A DNA stretch of 63,580 bases, counting the filler, from an uncultured Gemmatimonadota bacterium (GTDB taxonomy: Bacteria > GCA-2686955): assembly GCA_964490075.1 (NCBI GenBank). It is 13 parts of 13 records of this genome, joined end to end, with 100 filler letters (N's around TTAATTAATTAA, not from the genome) between each part and the next. Parts side by side here need not be neighbours in the genome. Positions count along the whole stretch, not along the records: positions 52,229 to 56,393 come from CAZBBK010000126.1; positions 56,494 to 60,027 come from CAZBBK010000127.1; positions 60,128 to 63,580 come from CAZBBK010000128.1; 10 more parts are not named here. The stretch is one strand, 5' to 3'. The notes beneath the pieces are model-generated. The model saw nothing but the letters and a program-made list of their open reading frames with translations, was not told where the DNA came from and did no database searches. The position numbers were made by a program, and so were the translations under genes. Positions 52,412-61,972 of the stretch are shown piece after piece; the stretch's first letter is position 1; every line of letters starts with the position of its first letter.

Positions 52412-52862
52412 CGAAACCACCCGCAGCCAGAAACGTATTGAACCAGCGAACGCGCGCGAGCCTGCAGTGTAGCCTCTTCGCAGCTCTGATCGCACCTTGT
52501 CCCAGGACTCGGATCCAAACGGAAAAGCTCGAACCAATGAAGCCGCTTCCATCGATCGTACGCCTGCTCCGGCGCCGCGCTCCCACCACTCGACTCGGTC
52601 GCGCCCGGCGCAGCATCGAACGCGCGGTGGGCATTCTCGGCGCCCTCTACCTGGGGCTGCACCTCTTTCCCGGAGTCGTCTTTGCTCACTCGATCGAGCA
52701 CCGCGGCGTCCGCCTGCATTCCCGCCAGGCGATCGCCGCCGCCGCCGCCGCGCCTCTGATCGACGCCGCCCGATCCCGAGCGGGTGCTGGCGGCTCTGCG
52801 CCCCTGGCTGCGGGCCAACTCGAGGGAGACCGGAAAGGTCCTCGCCGGTTCGTGACAGCCGT

Positions 52863-53549
52863 TCAGATCGGGCAGTACCGCACTTCGTACATATTTGCCC
52901 GCCCGCGCTTGCCGATCCGATCGATGAGTCCGGCTTTGCGCATGCAGTACACCATTCTCTGCGCCAACCGGATTCTGAGACCGCTCTTCCGCGCCAGATC
53001 TCGTGCGGTGAAGTTGGTCAGGTTTCCGGGGAGGAACCCGCGCCAGTCCGCGGGATCTGCAAACAGTCTCTGCTCGACCACCGCCAGCAATCGACGCTCT
53101 TCCGTGACCCAGCCGCGTTTGCGCCAACCCCGCTTGCCATCGTAGCGTCTGACCTCTTCTTCGCTGGTCATCAGCACTTCCAGCGAGAAGTTCGGATTCG
53201 CCAGGAGCTGCGGGAAGCTCACCATCTGCCAGAACAGATCTTCCATCCGGCCCCTCTTCGGCGACTTGCGGCGCTCGGGCTCGCCCCGGGAGTCCACCGC
53301 CAGCTTGACGAGCCACTTCTCCCTGGCGATCGGGTAGATCAACCGGATCGGATGGGCATCCGCCAGCTTCGTGAGCTTCGACTTGATGGCCGCGAGATTC
53401 CCGGTCTGTATCTCCAGCAGTAGTCCATCACGAACGATATCGATCACGAACCGATCGAGGGTGACCTCGAAGCGGTCACCCGGCCGCGCGTACCACTCCT
53501 TCAGCGATGCGTGGAGCGGCTTCTCGTTCAACATGCCGATGGCTGGCAT
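52863..53549 (-). CDS. Conserved hypothetical protein, PD-(D/E)XK nuclease-like
   Basis: IGMLNEKPLHASLK, VIDIV...LEIQT; C-terminal winged-helix-like segment. Confidence 0.7.
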   Translation of the reverse strand: MPAIGMLNEKPLHASLKEWYARPGDRFEVTLDRFVIDIVRDGLLLEIQTGNLAAIKSKLTKLADAHPIRLIYPIAREKWLVKLAVDSRGEPERRKSPKRGRMEDLFWQMVSFPQLLANPNFSLEVLMTSEEEVRRYDGKRGWRKRGWVTEERRLLAVVEQRLFADPADWRGFLPGNLTNFTARDLARKSGLRIRLAQRMVYCMRKAGLIDRIGKRGRANMYEVRYCPI

Positions 53550-53681
53550 TGCAACTCGATCAGTGCGCGGTTTCAAGAATCTCCCAAGATCGGGCGCCCG
53601 AATGGCGACCAAGAACGAGCTTATCCTGAATGGGATCGTCGCGCGACCGCGCCCTCGACCAAACGCCTTTGGAGCCCCTCG

Positions 53682-55037
53682 ATGAGACTCACCACTTCGG
53701 CCCTGGCCACATTCGCCTCGCTCGCCCTGCCCTCCGCCCCGCTGGCCCAGACCTACACCATCGTCGATCTCGGCACCTTGAGCGCCACCCCCGAAGACGG
53801 CGTGCGCGCCGCCGATATCAACAACCGCGGCCATGTGCACGGCGAGAACGACAAATCCGATCCCTTCGGTGGCGGTGTGCAATGGCGCAGCTTTCTGTGG
53901 GATGGGACCGCGCAGCAAGAGATCTTCCCGCTCACCTCCGGCAGCACCTGGTCGGGCGGCCTGAACGACGCCGATCAGTGTGTCGGGAAGTTCACTCTCG
54001 GCGGCCTGCTGGCGATGCACGGCTACTTCTGGGACGGAGGACCGATCGAGGATCGCACGGTCGGCCAGCGCAACTTCACCCATCAGATGGACATCAACTA
54101 CGCCGGCAACAGCACCGGCACCTACCTCTCCGAGGAGGTGTGGCAGTACCGATATCAGTATCACGCTTTCGTCATGAACTCCGCGGGCGAGTGGCGCGAC
54201 GTCGGCACGCTGGGAGGTCACGAGTCCTTCGCCCGGGCCCTGAACGACCGCAGCCATGCCGTCGGCTACACCCGCGACGCGGAGAACCACCACCTCGGTT
54301 ACCTCTGGACCTTCGCCGGTGGCATGAGCGACATCGGCCACCTCGGCGGCACCTACTGCGATCCCGAAGAGATCAACAACCTCGATCAAATCGTCGGCGC
54401 CTCCGCCAACGAGGTCGGAGAGCATCGTCCCTTCCTCTGGCAGGGCGGTGTCATGAGCGAGCTCGCCACCCTCGGCGGCAGCACCGGGCGCGCCAGAGGA
54501 ATCAACGATTTCGGCGTCGTCGTCGGCACCACCACCGACGCTACCGAGACCCAGCGCGCCACCATCTGGAATAGCGGTGTCGCCAGCGATCTGAACGAGC
54601 TGATCGAGCCCGGCAGCGGCTGGGACCTCACGGGCGCCCGTGCCATCAACGAGCTGGGCGAGATCACCGGCACCGGTTCCCTGAACGGCAATCAGCGTGC
54701 CTACCGTCTCAACCCCATCCTCGACGCCCCGCGCATCTCCGGCCTGCGGCCTGGCTTCGCCGATCGCGACAACCGGATCTTCGGCTTCGGCTTCACGCCC
54801 GGCGCAGTGGTCGACCTCTACTACGGCTTCGATCCCGGTGTCACTCCCCTGGCCTGCGGCGAAGATCTCGGAATCGCCGCCGCCCGTCTCTTCGCCACCG
54901 CCACCGCGGACGATGAAGGACGCATCGAAATCGACCTGTGGCTGCCGGCCACCGCCAAGGGCCGAGCGCCTTTCTTGCAGGCGGCCGAGCCCGCGGCATG
55001 CATCATCGGCGAGCTGCTCTCGCAGCAGATCAGGTAG
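53682..55037 (+). CDS. Secreted HAF-repeat protein with C-terminal beta-sandwich
   Basis: Signal peptide; DLGTL, DVGTLGG, INxxGxIVG, HAF, DLNELI. Confidence 0.88.
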   Translation: MRLTTSALATFASLALPSAPLAQTYTIVDLGTLSATPEDGVRAADINNRGHVHGENDKSDPFGGGVQWRSFLWDGTAQQEIFPLTSGSTWSGGLNDADQCVGKFTLGGLLAMHGYFWDGGPIEDRTVGQRNFTHQMDINYAGNSTGTYLSEEVWQYRYQYHAFVMNSAGEWRDVGTLGGHESFARALNDRSHAVGYTRDAENHHLGYLWTFAGGMSDIGHLGGTYCDPEEINNLDQIVGASANEVGEHRPFLWQGGVMSELATLGGSTGRARGINDFGVVVGTTTDATETQRATIWNSGVASDLNELIEPGSGWDLTGARAINELGEITGTGSLNGNQRAYRLNPILDAPRISGLRPGFADRDNRIFGFGFTPGAVVDLYYGFDPGVTPLACGEDLGIAAARLFATATADDEGRIEIDLWLPATAKGRAPFLQAAEPAACIIGELLSQQIR

Positions 55038-55095
55038 CCGACCACGACGGCCCATCGCACGGCGTCCGACCCGGCGCGTGCTAGGCTTGCCGATC

Positions 55096-56049
55096 ATGCG
55101 CGCCCTCGTCCTCGATCGAAGCGGCCCGCGCTGGGTCGCCGACCATCCCGATCCCACCCCGGGCGCCGGGGAGGCCCTGATCCGCCCATTGCTCGCGGGC
55201 ATCTGTGCCACAGATCTGGAGCTGATCCGGGGCTACATGGGCTTCCACGGGGTGCTGGGGCACGAGTGGGTGGGCATCGTGGAGCAGGCGCCGGAGCCGA
55301 GCTGGATCGGGGCCCGGGTGGTGGGCGGCATCAACTGCTCCTGCGGCGGCTGCGACACCTGTCGCGCCGGGCGCCGCTCCCATTGCCCACACCGCACGGT
55401 GCTCGGCATCCAGGGTCGCGACGGTGTTTTCGCCGAGCGTTTTCGGCTGCCCTGCGAGAACTTGCTGCGGGTGCCCGACGAGATCGAGAACCGCGCCGCT
55501 GTCTTCGTCGAGCCTCTGGCCGCCGCCTGCCAGATCACCGAGGCCTGCCACCTGCGACCGAGCGAACGGGTGGTGGTGATCGGCGTCGGACGCCTCGGGC
55601 AACTCTGCGCGCGGGTGCTGGCGCTCGGCGGAGCGCGCGTTCAGGCCCTGAGCCGCAACTCCTCCCGCCTGGAGCTGCTGCCGCCTGGTGTCGAGAGAGT
55701 GTCGCTGGCGGACGCAGAGAGCGTGGCCGGTGCCGACCTGGTGGTCGACTGCAGCGGCGCCGCCGATGGACTGAATCTGGCGACGCGGCTCGTACGGCCG
55801 CGGGGTCGCGTAGTGCTGAAGACCACCGTCCACGATACGGGCGCGGCGACGCCGGTGCCCTGGGTGATCGACGAGATCACGCTGATCGGCTCGCGCTGCG
55901 GGCCCTTCGCGCCGGCCTTGCGCCTGCTGGCCGCGGGACTGGTCGATCCGCGGCCGCTGATCAGCCACAGCTATCCCCTGGACCGGGGGCTCGAAGCGCT
56001 GCGCACCGCTGCGGCTCCCGACGCGGTCAAAGTGTTGCTAGAGCCTTGA
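55096..56049 (+). CDS. Zinc-dependent alcohol dehydrogenase (MDR)
   Basis: GICATD, GHEWVG, CxCxxCxxCx7C, EPLAAA, GVGRLG. Confidence 0.92.
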   Translation: MRALVLDRSGPRWVADHPDPTPGAGEALIRPLLAGICATDLELIRGYMGFHGVLGHEWVGIVEQAPEPSWIGARVVGGINCSCGGCDTCRAGRRSHCPHRTVLGIQGRDGVFAERFRLPCENLLRVPDEIENRAAVFVEPLAAACQITEACHLRPSERVVVIGVGRLGQLCARVLALGGARVQALSRNSSRLELLPPGVERVSLADAESVAGADLVVDCSGAADGLNLATRLVRPRGRVVLKTTVHDTGAATPVPWVIDEITLIGSRCGPFAPALRLLAAGLVDPRPLISHSYPLDRGLEALRTAAAPDAVKVLLEP

Positions 56050-56332
56050 CCGGCGGATGGCGGGCGCGGGTGGCGATCGACGTGTAGACGCCTCTTCGAC
56101 CAGATCGACGTACGACGACTCGATCAAGTCGCCACGGTCGACTTCGAGACGCTCCATCAGACGCTCCGCGACCCAGACGCCCCATGCGGAGCTTTGTCCG
56201 GGCCCGACCACCACCTCGAGCTCGAGGAAGTCGCCGAGTCCCTCGACCCGGTCGAGGTGGACGCGGGTCGGGCCGACCAGGTAGAGCGTGCGCTGCTTGC
56301 GGATCGTGGCGCGCACGCCGAGGGCGGCCCCA
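56038..56332 (-). pseudogene. C-terminal half of a CYTH / class IV adenylate cyclase, 5' replaced by a probable IS end
   Basis: RKQRTLYLVGPTRVHLDRVEGLGDFLELEVV...SYVDL; upstream sequence is non-homologous. Confidence 0.75.
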
Positions 56333-56899
56333 AGGGTCCGCGCAAGAATAACTTCAGACCTCCTGATCCCAGGGCTCCACATGTCGAGCCGCCNNNNNNN
56401 NNNNNNNNNNNNNNNNNNNNNNNNNNNNNNNNNNNNNTTAATTAATTAANNNNNNNNNNNNNNNNNNNNNNNNNNNNNNNNNNNNNNNNNNNNGGTCGCT
56501 CCGCGGTCGTCCGCGGGGGCTGAGTCGGGTCAGTGGGAGGTGTTGGTTCTGGTGTCTTGATGTGGCGCTTCCCCCACGCGAAGGCGCCCGGATCGCCTCC
56601 CAACGTGCCCCTGCCCGACTCCGTTGCCCGAATCGGGCAGGGGCAGGGGCATCGGCCTGGGCACGCCAAGAAGTGCGGTCGAGACCGCCCCTTCCAGCCG
56701 CGGATCGATCTTCGGATGCCCGCGGACTACCGCCGGCCCCGCGGTTCCTCGCGGAGTGCGTCGCTCGAGAAGCGCTATATCGAAACGCCAGGGTGCAGGG
56801 CGCGGCCCCCAGACACCCGCGGGTGGTCGCGAGCACGGTGATCGATGCCCGGGGTCGAGGCCCGGTCGTTGTGTTTCGCGACGCGGAAGACGCGGGCTC

Positions 56900-57010
56900 G
56901 GTGATGGCCTGCGGGATCGACACCCGCGTTGGCCGGAGCGAGTCATCAACGCAGAGCGCTCGGACATCGGCGCCTACGGTGGACCGGAGAACTGGCGCTG
57001 GTGGCCGTGG
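56900..57010 (+). pseudogene. Orphan C-terminal fragment of a beta-helix-family secreted protein
   Basis: WPERVINAERSDIGAYGGPENWRWWP resembles WPSRYHNGTRSDMGAYGGPGARDWWP of 17728-18915. Confidence 0.55.
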
Positions 57011-57095
57011 ATGGGAGGGTGGCGGCGATCTCTCGTGCCAGCGCCCTTGTACCCACCCCGGCCCCCCGTCCCGAATGCCCTTTCCGGCGCTTCGC

Positions 57096-59945
57096 CTAGG
57101 GCCGCAGCTCCCTGATCATCTCTTCCAACCAGCTCCGCTCCGCATCGGTGAGCCGCTCGCCCAGATCCTCCGGGCGACGTGACGCGAGCTCGCGCAGCTC
57201 GCGCAGCCAGGAGAGCAGCCGATGCTCGGCTCCCGGGCGCGCCGTCTCCAACGCCGCGTCCAGATCGGGGATGCAGCGCAAAGCCGCCAGCGCCGCGGCC
57301 CGATCGCCCGCCTGCCGGAAGAGCGCCGCGGCGCCGGCGAAGTCCCCCAACCCCTTCAACACCCGGGCCGCGAGCGAGGCCGGTGGCGCATCGAGCAGCT
57401 CCAGCACCTGGTGCGCCTGCTCGAAACGCCCTTTCTCCAGCAGCACCTCGAGCGCCTTGCGGCGCAGATCTTCCACCTGTTGGTCGCGCTCCTCCTGGTG
57501 CAAGCCGAGCGCGTCGAAGGCCTCGGGCAGAGCGGCGCTGACCGTGCAAGCGCTCTCGGGTCGGGCCGCACCGCGCTCCAGGTCCCGCTCCCACTTGCCC
57601 CGCCAGCGCTGCAGCGCATTCGCCAGCCAGGTTTGCAGCGGTCGGGCCGCGTCGATCTCGCCGGCCAGCTCGAGCAGCGCTTCCGATCGGCGCGCCCCGC
57701 GCGAGCGCTGCCAGCGCGCCAGGCTCTTCAGCACCGCGGCGCTGTCGGAGCATCCGGCCAGCTTGGCGGAGCTCTTGGCCTCGATCATCAGCTCGCCCGC
57801 CGCCAGTTCGACCTGGTCCGCGACCGGGACCAACGCCAGCGCGACCCGCGCCCGCGCCAGGTGCGCCTCGTCGCGCAGCGCCTGGTCGACCACCGCCTCG
57901 GCCCGATCGGGGTCCCCCAGCCGCCGCACCGCCTGCTCGGCCCGGGTCCAGGCCCGCGCCGGTTGGGTGTCGACCAGGGCGAGCGCGTCATCGATGCCCT
58001 CGCGCACGAACTCGTCGGCGTCGCGCGGCGGTCCCGCCACGTGCACGAGCAGGTCGGCGGGAGTCATCGGCAGCGCGTCGACGTCGCGCAGCAGGTCGCG
58101 GGTCGCCGCCGCCGAGACCGAGTCCAGATCGCAGAAGATCAGGGTCTCGGTGGCGCGGCTGATCGCCACCCGGAAGCGGTCGATCGCGGAGCGGATCCGC
58201 AGCAGCGCCAGCGGCGAGTCGCCGCGCGTGCGCGCGTCGGCGATCTCGTTCAGCCAACGTCCCGGATCGAGCACGCAAACCCGCTGAAACTCCCGCCCTT
58301 TGGCCTCGGCGGGGCCGAGCAAGGCCCCTTCGAGCTCCGCCGGCAGCTCGGCCGCCACCGCGCGGGCCAGGCGGATCAGCGCGCTGCCGGGGGCGCCGGC
58401 CAGCGCCCGCAAGGCCTCGAGCGCCCCCGCGGCGTCGTCGCCGGCCTGGCAGTGGATGATGGTGTCGTTGATGACGTCGCCGACCTCCACCTCCCCCGCG
58501 CCGCGCGGCCGGGCGCTCTTCGGGACCTGCCCGTAGAGCGACGAGACGCGCCGGACCAGCTCGCCGATGCGCCGCGTGGAGCGCAGATTGGCGGCCAGCG
58601 CGACGCTTTCGGGGCGCCCGATCTGGTCCGCGATCATGTCTTTGAACCAGCCCCATTCGAAGTCGGTCGGGCGCACCGTCTGGCCTTCGTCCCCGGCGCA
58701 GAGGAAGCGCGCGGGTGCGGCGGCGGGATCGTCATCTTCCATGCTCGCCAGCAGCAGCGGCACCAGCACCTCGACCGGCGTCAGATCCTGGACTTCGTCG
58801 AGCACGATTCGATCCGGGCGGATCAGTCCGGCGGGTCGGCGCCGGTCGCGCAGCAGCACGCGGGCCGCGGTGGCGGCGTGCAGCAGGTCGGGGAAATAGA
58901 GCTCCACTGGCGCCGAACCGAGTCCCTCGACCACGTCGAGCAGGGCCCGGAGGGCGGCCGTCCCGAGGATGGCGGCGCGCCGTCGCCGGTATTCCGCCGC
59001 GCGCAGCCGGGTGCGGTCGGAGCTCTGCAGGTGCCGCGGGGCGCTCGGCAGCGCGGGGCCGACCAGGTGGGCGCGGATCTCGGCGAATAGCGCGTCCAGG
59101 TCGTCGCTCCAGGGGCCGAGGGTGCCGGGCGCGAGGCGGGCGGCATCGGCCAGGAATTGCGCGCGCCGGCTCTCGAAGCTCCCGGCCACCGGAGGATCGA
59201 CGATCGCCGCCAGCAGGTCGGCCATGGTCCAGGTCTCGACCCGGGTGTCGGCCGGGGCGAAGGTCGCGAAGTGCTCGCCGGCGAGATCGGCCAGATGCCG
59301 CGACCAGGTCAGGTAGAGCACCTGCTCGCCGCCGTGCAGGTCGACCGCGCGCATCAACGCTTCGGTCTTGCCGGTGCCGGGCTGACCGATCAGGATCCGA
59401 GTCGGTCGCTCCGAGCGCGCGAAGGCTTCCTGCTCCGCGGTCCAGGGGGCGGGGTGGTCGACCGGCCGCTCGAGGTCGGCGGCATCGAGGGCGTAGTACT
59501 GATCGAGGGTGCCGGCGTCGAGGGGGGCGTGGTCGTCGTGGTGGCGCAGGGCGCGCACCAGAATGGCGCCTTCCGGTGCTTCCAGATCCTCGGCCGGGGA
59601 GGCGTGGTGCGGCGTCCACCAGGCGTAGAACTGCGATCCGCCCCGTCCCCCGAGCGGGGTGCGGCGCCAGCCACGGTTCCGGACTCCCCGCGTCGACTTG
59701 GTGATGCCGGTGCGGCCGTGGGCCGCCAGGTGACGCAGCACCAGCGTGGCGCGACGCCGGATCGCCTCGTTGGACGCGGCGAGCAGCGCGTCGGTGAAGT
59801 CGGCGTGGCAGAAGAGCCGATGGCCGGTGCCGCTGCGGTGCCGCACCACCACGTCGGGACGGTCGTCGCGCGCCCGCGCGCGGTCCGCGTCCGGTCGCGG
59901 GTGGCGGTCGTGCTGGGCGTGGTTCGGCTCTCGGTCGCTCGGCAA
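57096..59945 (-). CDS. SF1 (UvrD-like) helicase with N-terminal RelE/ParE-like domain and C-terminal helical repeats
   Basis: GQPGTGKT, LDEVQDL, AGDEGQT, NLRS, AKGREF, VAISRA. Confidence 0.8.
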   Translation of the reverse strand: MPSDREPNHAQHDRHPRPDADRARARDDRPDVVVRHRSGTGHRLFCHADFTDALLAASNEAIRRRATLVLRHLAAHGRTGITKSTRGVRNRGWRRTPLGGRGGSQFYAWWTPHHASPAEDLEAPEGAILVRALRHHDDHAPLDAGTLDQYYALDAADLERPVDHPAPWTAEQEAFARSERPTRILIGQPGTGKTEALMRAVDLHGGEQVLYLTWSRHLADLAGEHFATFAPADTRVETWTMADLLAAIVDPPVAGSFESRRAQFLADAARLAPGTLGPWSDDLDALFAEIRAHLVGPALPSAPRHLQSSDRTRLRAAEYRRRRAAILGTAALRALLDVVEGLGSAPVELYFPDLLHAATAARVLLRDRRRPAGLIRPDRIVLDEVQDLTPVEVLVPLLLASMEDDDPAAAPARFLCAGDEGQTVRPTDFEWGWFKDMIADQIGRPESVALAANLRSTRRIGELVRRVSSLYGQVPKSARPRGAGEVEVGDVINDTIIHCQAGDDAAGALEALRALAGAPGSALIRLARAVAAELPAELEGALLGPAEAKGREFQRVCVLDPGRWLNEIADARTRGDSPLALLRIRSAIDRFRVAISRATETLIFCDLDSVSAAATRDLLRDVDALPMTPADLLVHVAGPPRDADEFVREGIDDALALVDTQPARAWTRAEQAVRRLGDPDRAEAVVDQALRDEAHLARARVALALVPVADQVELAAGELMIEAKSSAKLAGCSDSAAVLKSLARWQRSRGARRSEALLELAGEIDAARPLQTWLANALQRWRGKWERDLERGAARPESACTVSAALPEAFDALGLHQEERDQQVEDLRRKALEVLLEKGRFEQAHQVLELLDAPPASLAARVLKGLGDFAGAAALFRQAGDRAAALAALRCIPDLDAALETARPGAEHRLLSWLRELRELASRRPEDLGERLTDAERSWLEEMIRELRP

Positions 59946-60293
59946 CTGGGATGGGCTCCGTGGACGATATCTCCGACGTCAGTCTACGACTCCCGCGCCG
60001 GCGCCGGAGCGGGAATCGGCTAGGCTANNNNNNNNNNNNNNNNNNNNNNNNNNNNNNNNNNNNNNNNNNNNTTAATTAATTAANNNNNNNNNNNNNNNNN
60101 NNNNNNNNNNNNNNNNNNNNNNNNNNNTACAATTACGCACCGTGCTATTCTCTTCCCACCGAGAAGTAAATTCCTATCCACTTTACTTTCAACCGGGCCC
60201 CTCTGATGATATAATCCACTTCGATTATTGGGGATTTTTTCTACGAATAAACCAGGTACCCGGACTAATTCTTACGAATCGAAGGAGTTTTTT

Positions 60294-61877
60294 ATGCGCA
60301 CGCAATTCCTGACCGGTACAGTCAGATTCATCGCCGTTTCACTGTGCTGCTGCCTGATCCTGACATCGTGCGAAACGACACCCAGCACACCAAACGGAGG
60401 CGGCTCTGACACCGACCGGCATACCGTTCGACGCCCGGTGATCGGTATGGATGACGCCGGGAACGCCGCGGTTGCCTGGCTGACCACGAGGAGCGACGGC
60501 TTCTGGGGAGATCTTTGCACGTGGCACTACCAGGCCGGAACAGGATGGCTGGAACCCAAATCCAGCGCGGACGAGTCGAGGACGTGGCATGACGGGACAG
60601 CGAGGGAGCATCAGATAGCGATGCCGGGAAGCTTCTATTCGTGCATCGTCTATACGGCGGAGCACCTGAACAATCAGGGGGGATTGTTCGGCTCGTACGT
60701 GTACATACGCCGGTGCACCAATCCGGCGGCGAGCCAGTACATCGGGAGCCATGTTGAAGATCCGACGCTGCTCGAGGACACAATCGACCAGGAAGCAGCC
60801 CAGGTGGCCATCAATGACGCGGGTAACGCCTGCGTCGTGTGGCGCAAGCTTAGCAGGATACGCTTGCAGCAGTATGAGGAAGCAGCCAATTACGAATCGG
60901 CCATTTATGACAATCCCGTCCCCGGGCTCGGTCTCGGTTACGTATACAGGGTCTGCATCGACAGCGCGGGAAACGCCATCGTGATCTGGATCGATGGAGA
61001 GGGCGCGGCATCGGTTCTCAGATCGAGCCGGACGCCGTGGGAGAGCGACGAGATCATCAGCACGGGCAGCAATATCGCAAATCCGCAGATCGTGATGGGA
61101 GGCGATGACTCGGCGATCGCCGTCTGGATCCAGGATGGACATGTCCGTTCCCGGCAATTCAACGGGGGGCTCGGAACGTGGGGGAGCGTTGTCGAGATCG
61201 AGAACGGGGTGGAGACTTCGCAGCGACCGATGCTGGCGATCAACGATACGGAAGATGCGATCGTGGTCTGGGAGCAGATGGGGAGGATCTTCGCATCGCT
61301 GATGTGGATTCTGCAGCCGGTGCCTGTGAGCGCGGCGGATGTGACCGGCTTCGCTACGAACGCCGGCGTGGCGATAGACAACGGCCAGAACGCCATCGTC
61401 GTCTGGGAGCGCGACGGCGGGATCTACGCGGCCCGTTTCACCTTCGGCGAGGGATGGTCGGATGAGGCGGAGATAGGCCGGGGAACCGAGCCGGCACTTG
61501 CGGGAAACGGCAGCGGTGACGCCATCGCCGTCTGGATCTCGTCGAACGGCAGGAGCGTTGAGCACCACATCTTCGGCGCGCAGGCGAGCGGGATCACGCT
61601 GATCGTGCACGCCTGGCTGGACGAGGAGCCGTTGGCCGGGGCGAGCGTTCGCGTTGATCTCACCACGAGCTGGGAGACGGTCTGCAGCGGCGTGACCAAC
61701 GGCGCGGGCGACTACGAGTGCGACGGCGAACTGTCGATAGGAGACAATTTATTCATAGAGGTGCACCACGAATCCGGCCTGGATCAGTATCATGGGATGC
61801 AGTTCGCAACCGTCGAGGACGGCGACGGCGACGGCAGGATGGAGGTCACTGTCACCCTTGAGCCGATGACCAGGTAG
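60294..61877 (+). CDS. Lipoprotein with beta-propeller-like repeats and C-terminal Ig-like domain
   Basis: Lipobox ILTSC; repeated [ID]DxAGNA[AI]VxW; GAAGGAG RBS. Confidence 0.7.
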   Translation: MRTQFLTGTVRFIAVSLCCCLILTSCETTPSTPNGGGSDTDRHTVRRPVIGMDDAGNAAVAWLTTRSDGFWGDLCTWHYQAGTGWLEPKSSADESRTWHDGTAREHQIAMPGSFYSCIVYTAEHLNNQGGLFGSYVYIRRCTNPAASQYIGSHVEDPTLLEDTIDQEAAQVAINDAGNACVVWRKLSRIRLQQYEEAANYESAIYDNPVPGLGLGYVYRVCIDSAGNAIVIWIDGEGAASVLRSSRTPWESDEIISTGSNIANPQIVMGGDDSAIAVWIQDGHVRSRQFNGGLGTWGSVVEIENGVETSQRPMLAINDTEDAIVVWEQMGRIFASLMWILQPVPVSAADVTGFATNAGVAIDNGQNAIVVWERDGGIYAARFTFGEGWSDEAEIGRGTEPALAGNGSGDAIAVWISSNGRSVEHHIFGAQASGITLIVHAWLDEEPLAGASVRVDLTTSWETVCSGVTNGAGDYECDGELSIGDNLFIEVHHESGLDQYHGMQFATVEDGDGDGRMEVTVTLEPMTR

Positions 61878-61972
61878 CGGCCGAACCCGCGGCCGGCAAC
61901 ATTGCAGCGGCAGATGACCGCGCGGGCGATCCGATAATTGACCCCGCGCACGATCGCCCGTATCATCACGGC

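Noticed and set aside
52537-52790. Possible N-terminal gene fragment with a TM segment (MKPLPS...LGLHLFPGVVFAHS)
   Set aside because: It runs into the antisense of the neighbouring gene; there is not enough to call
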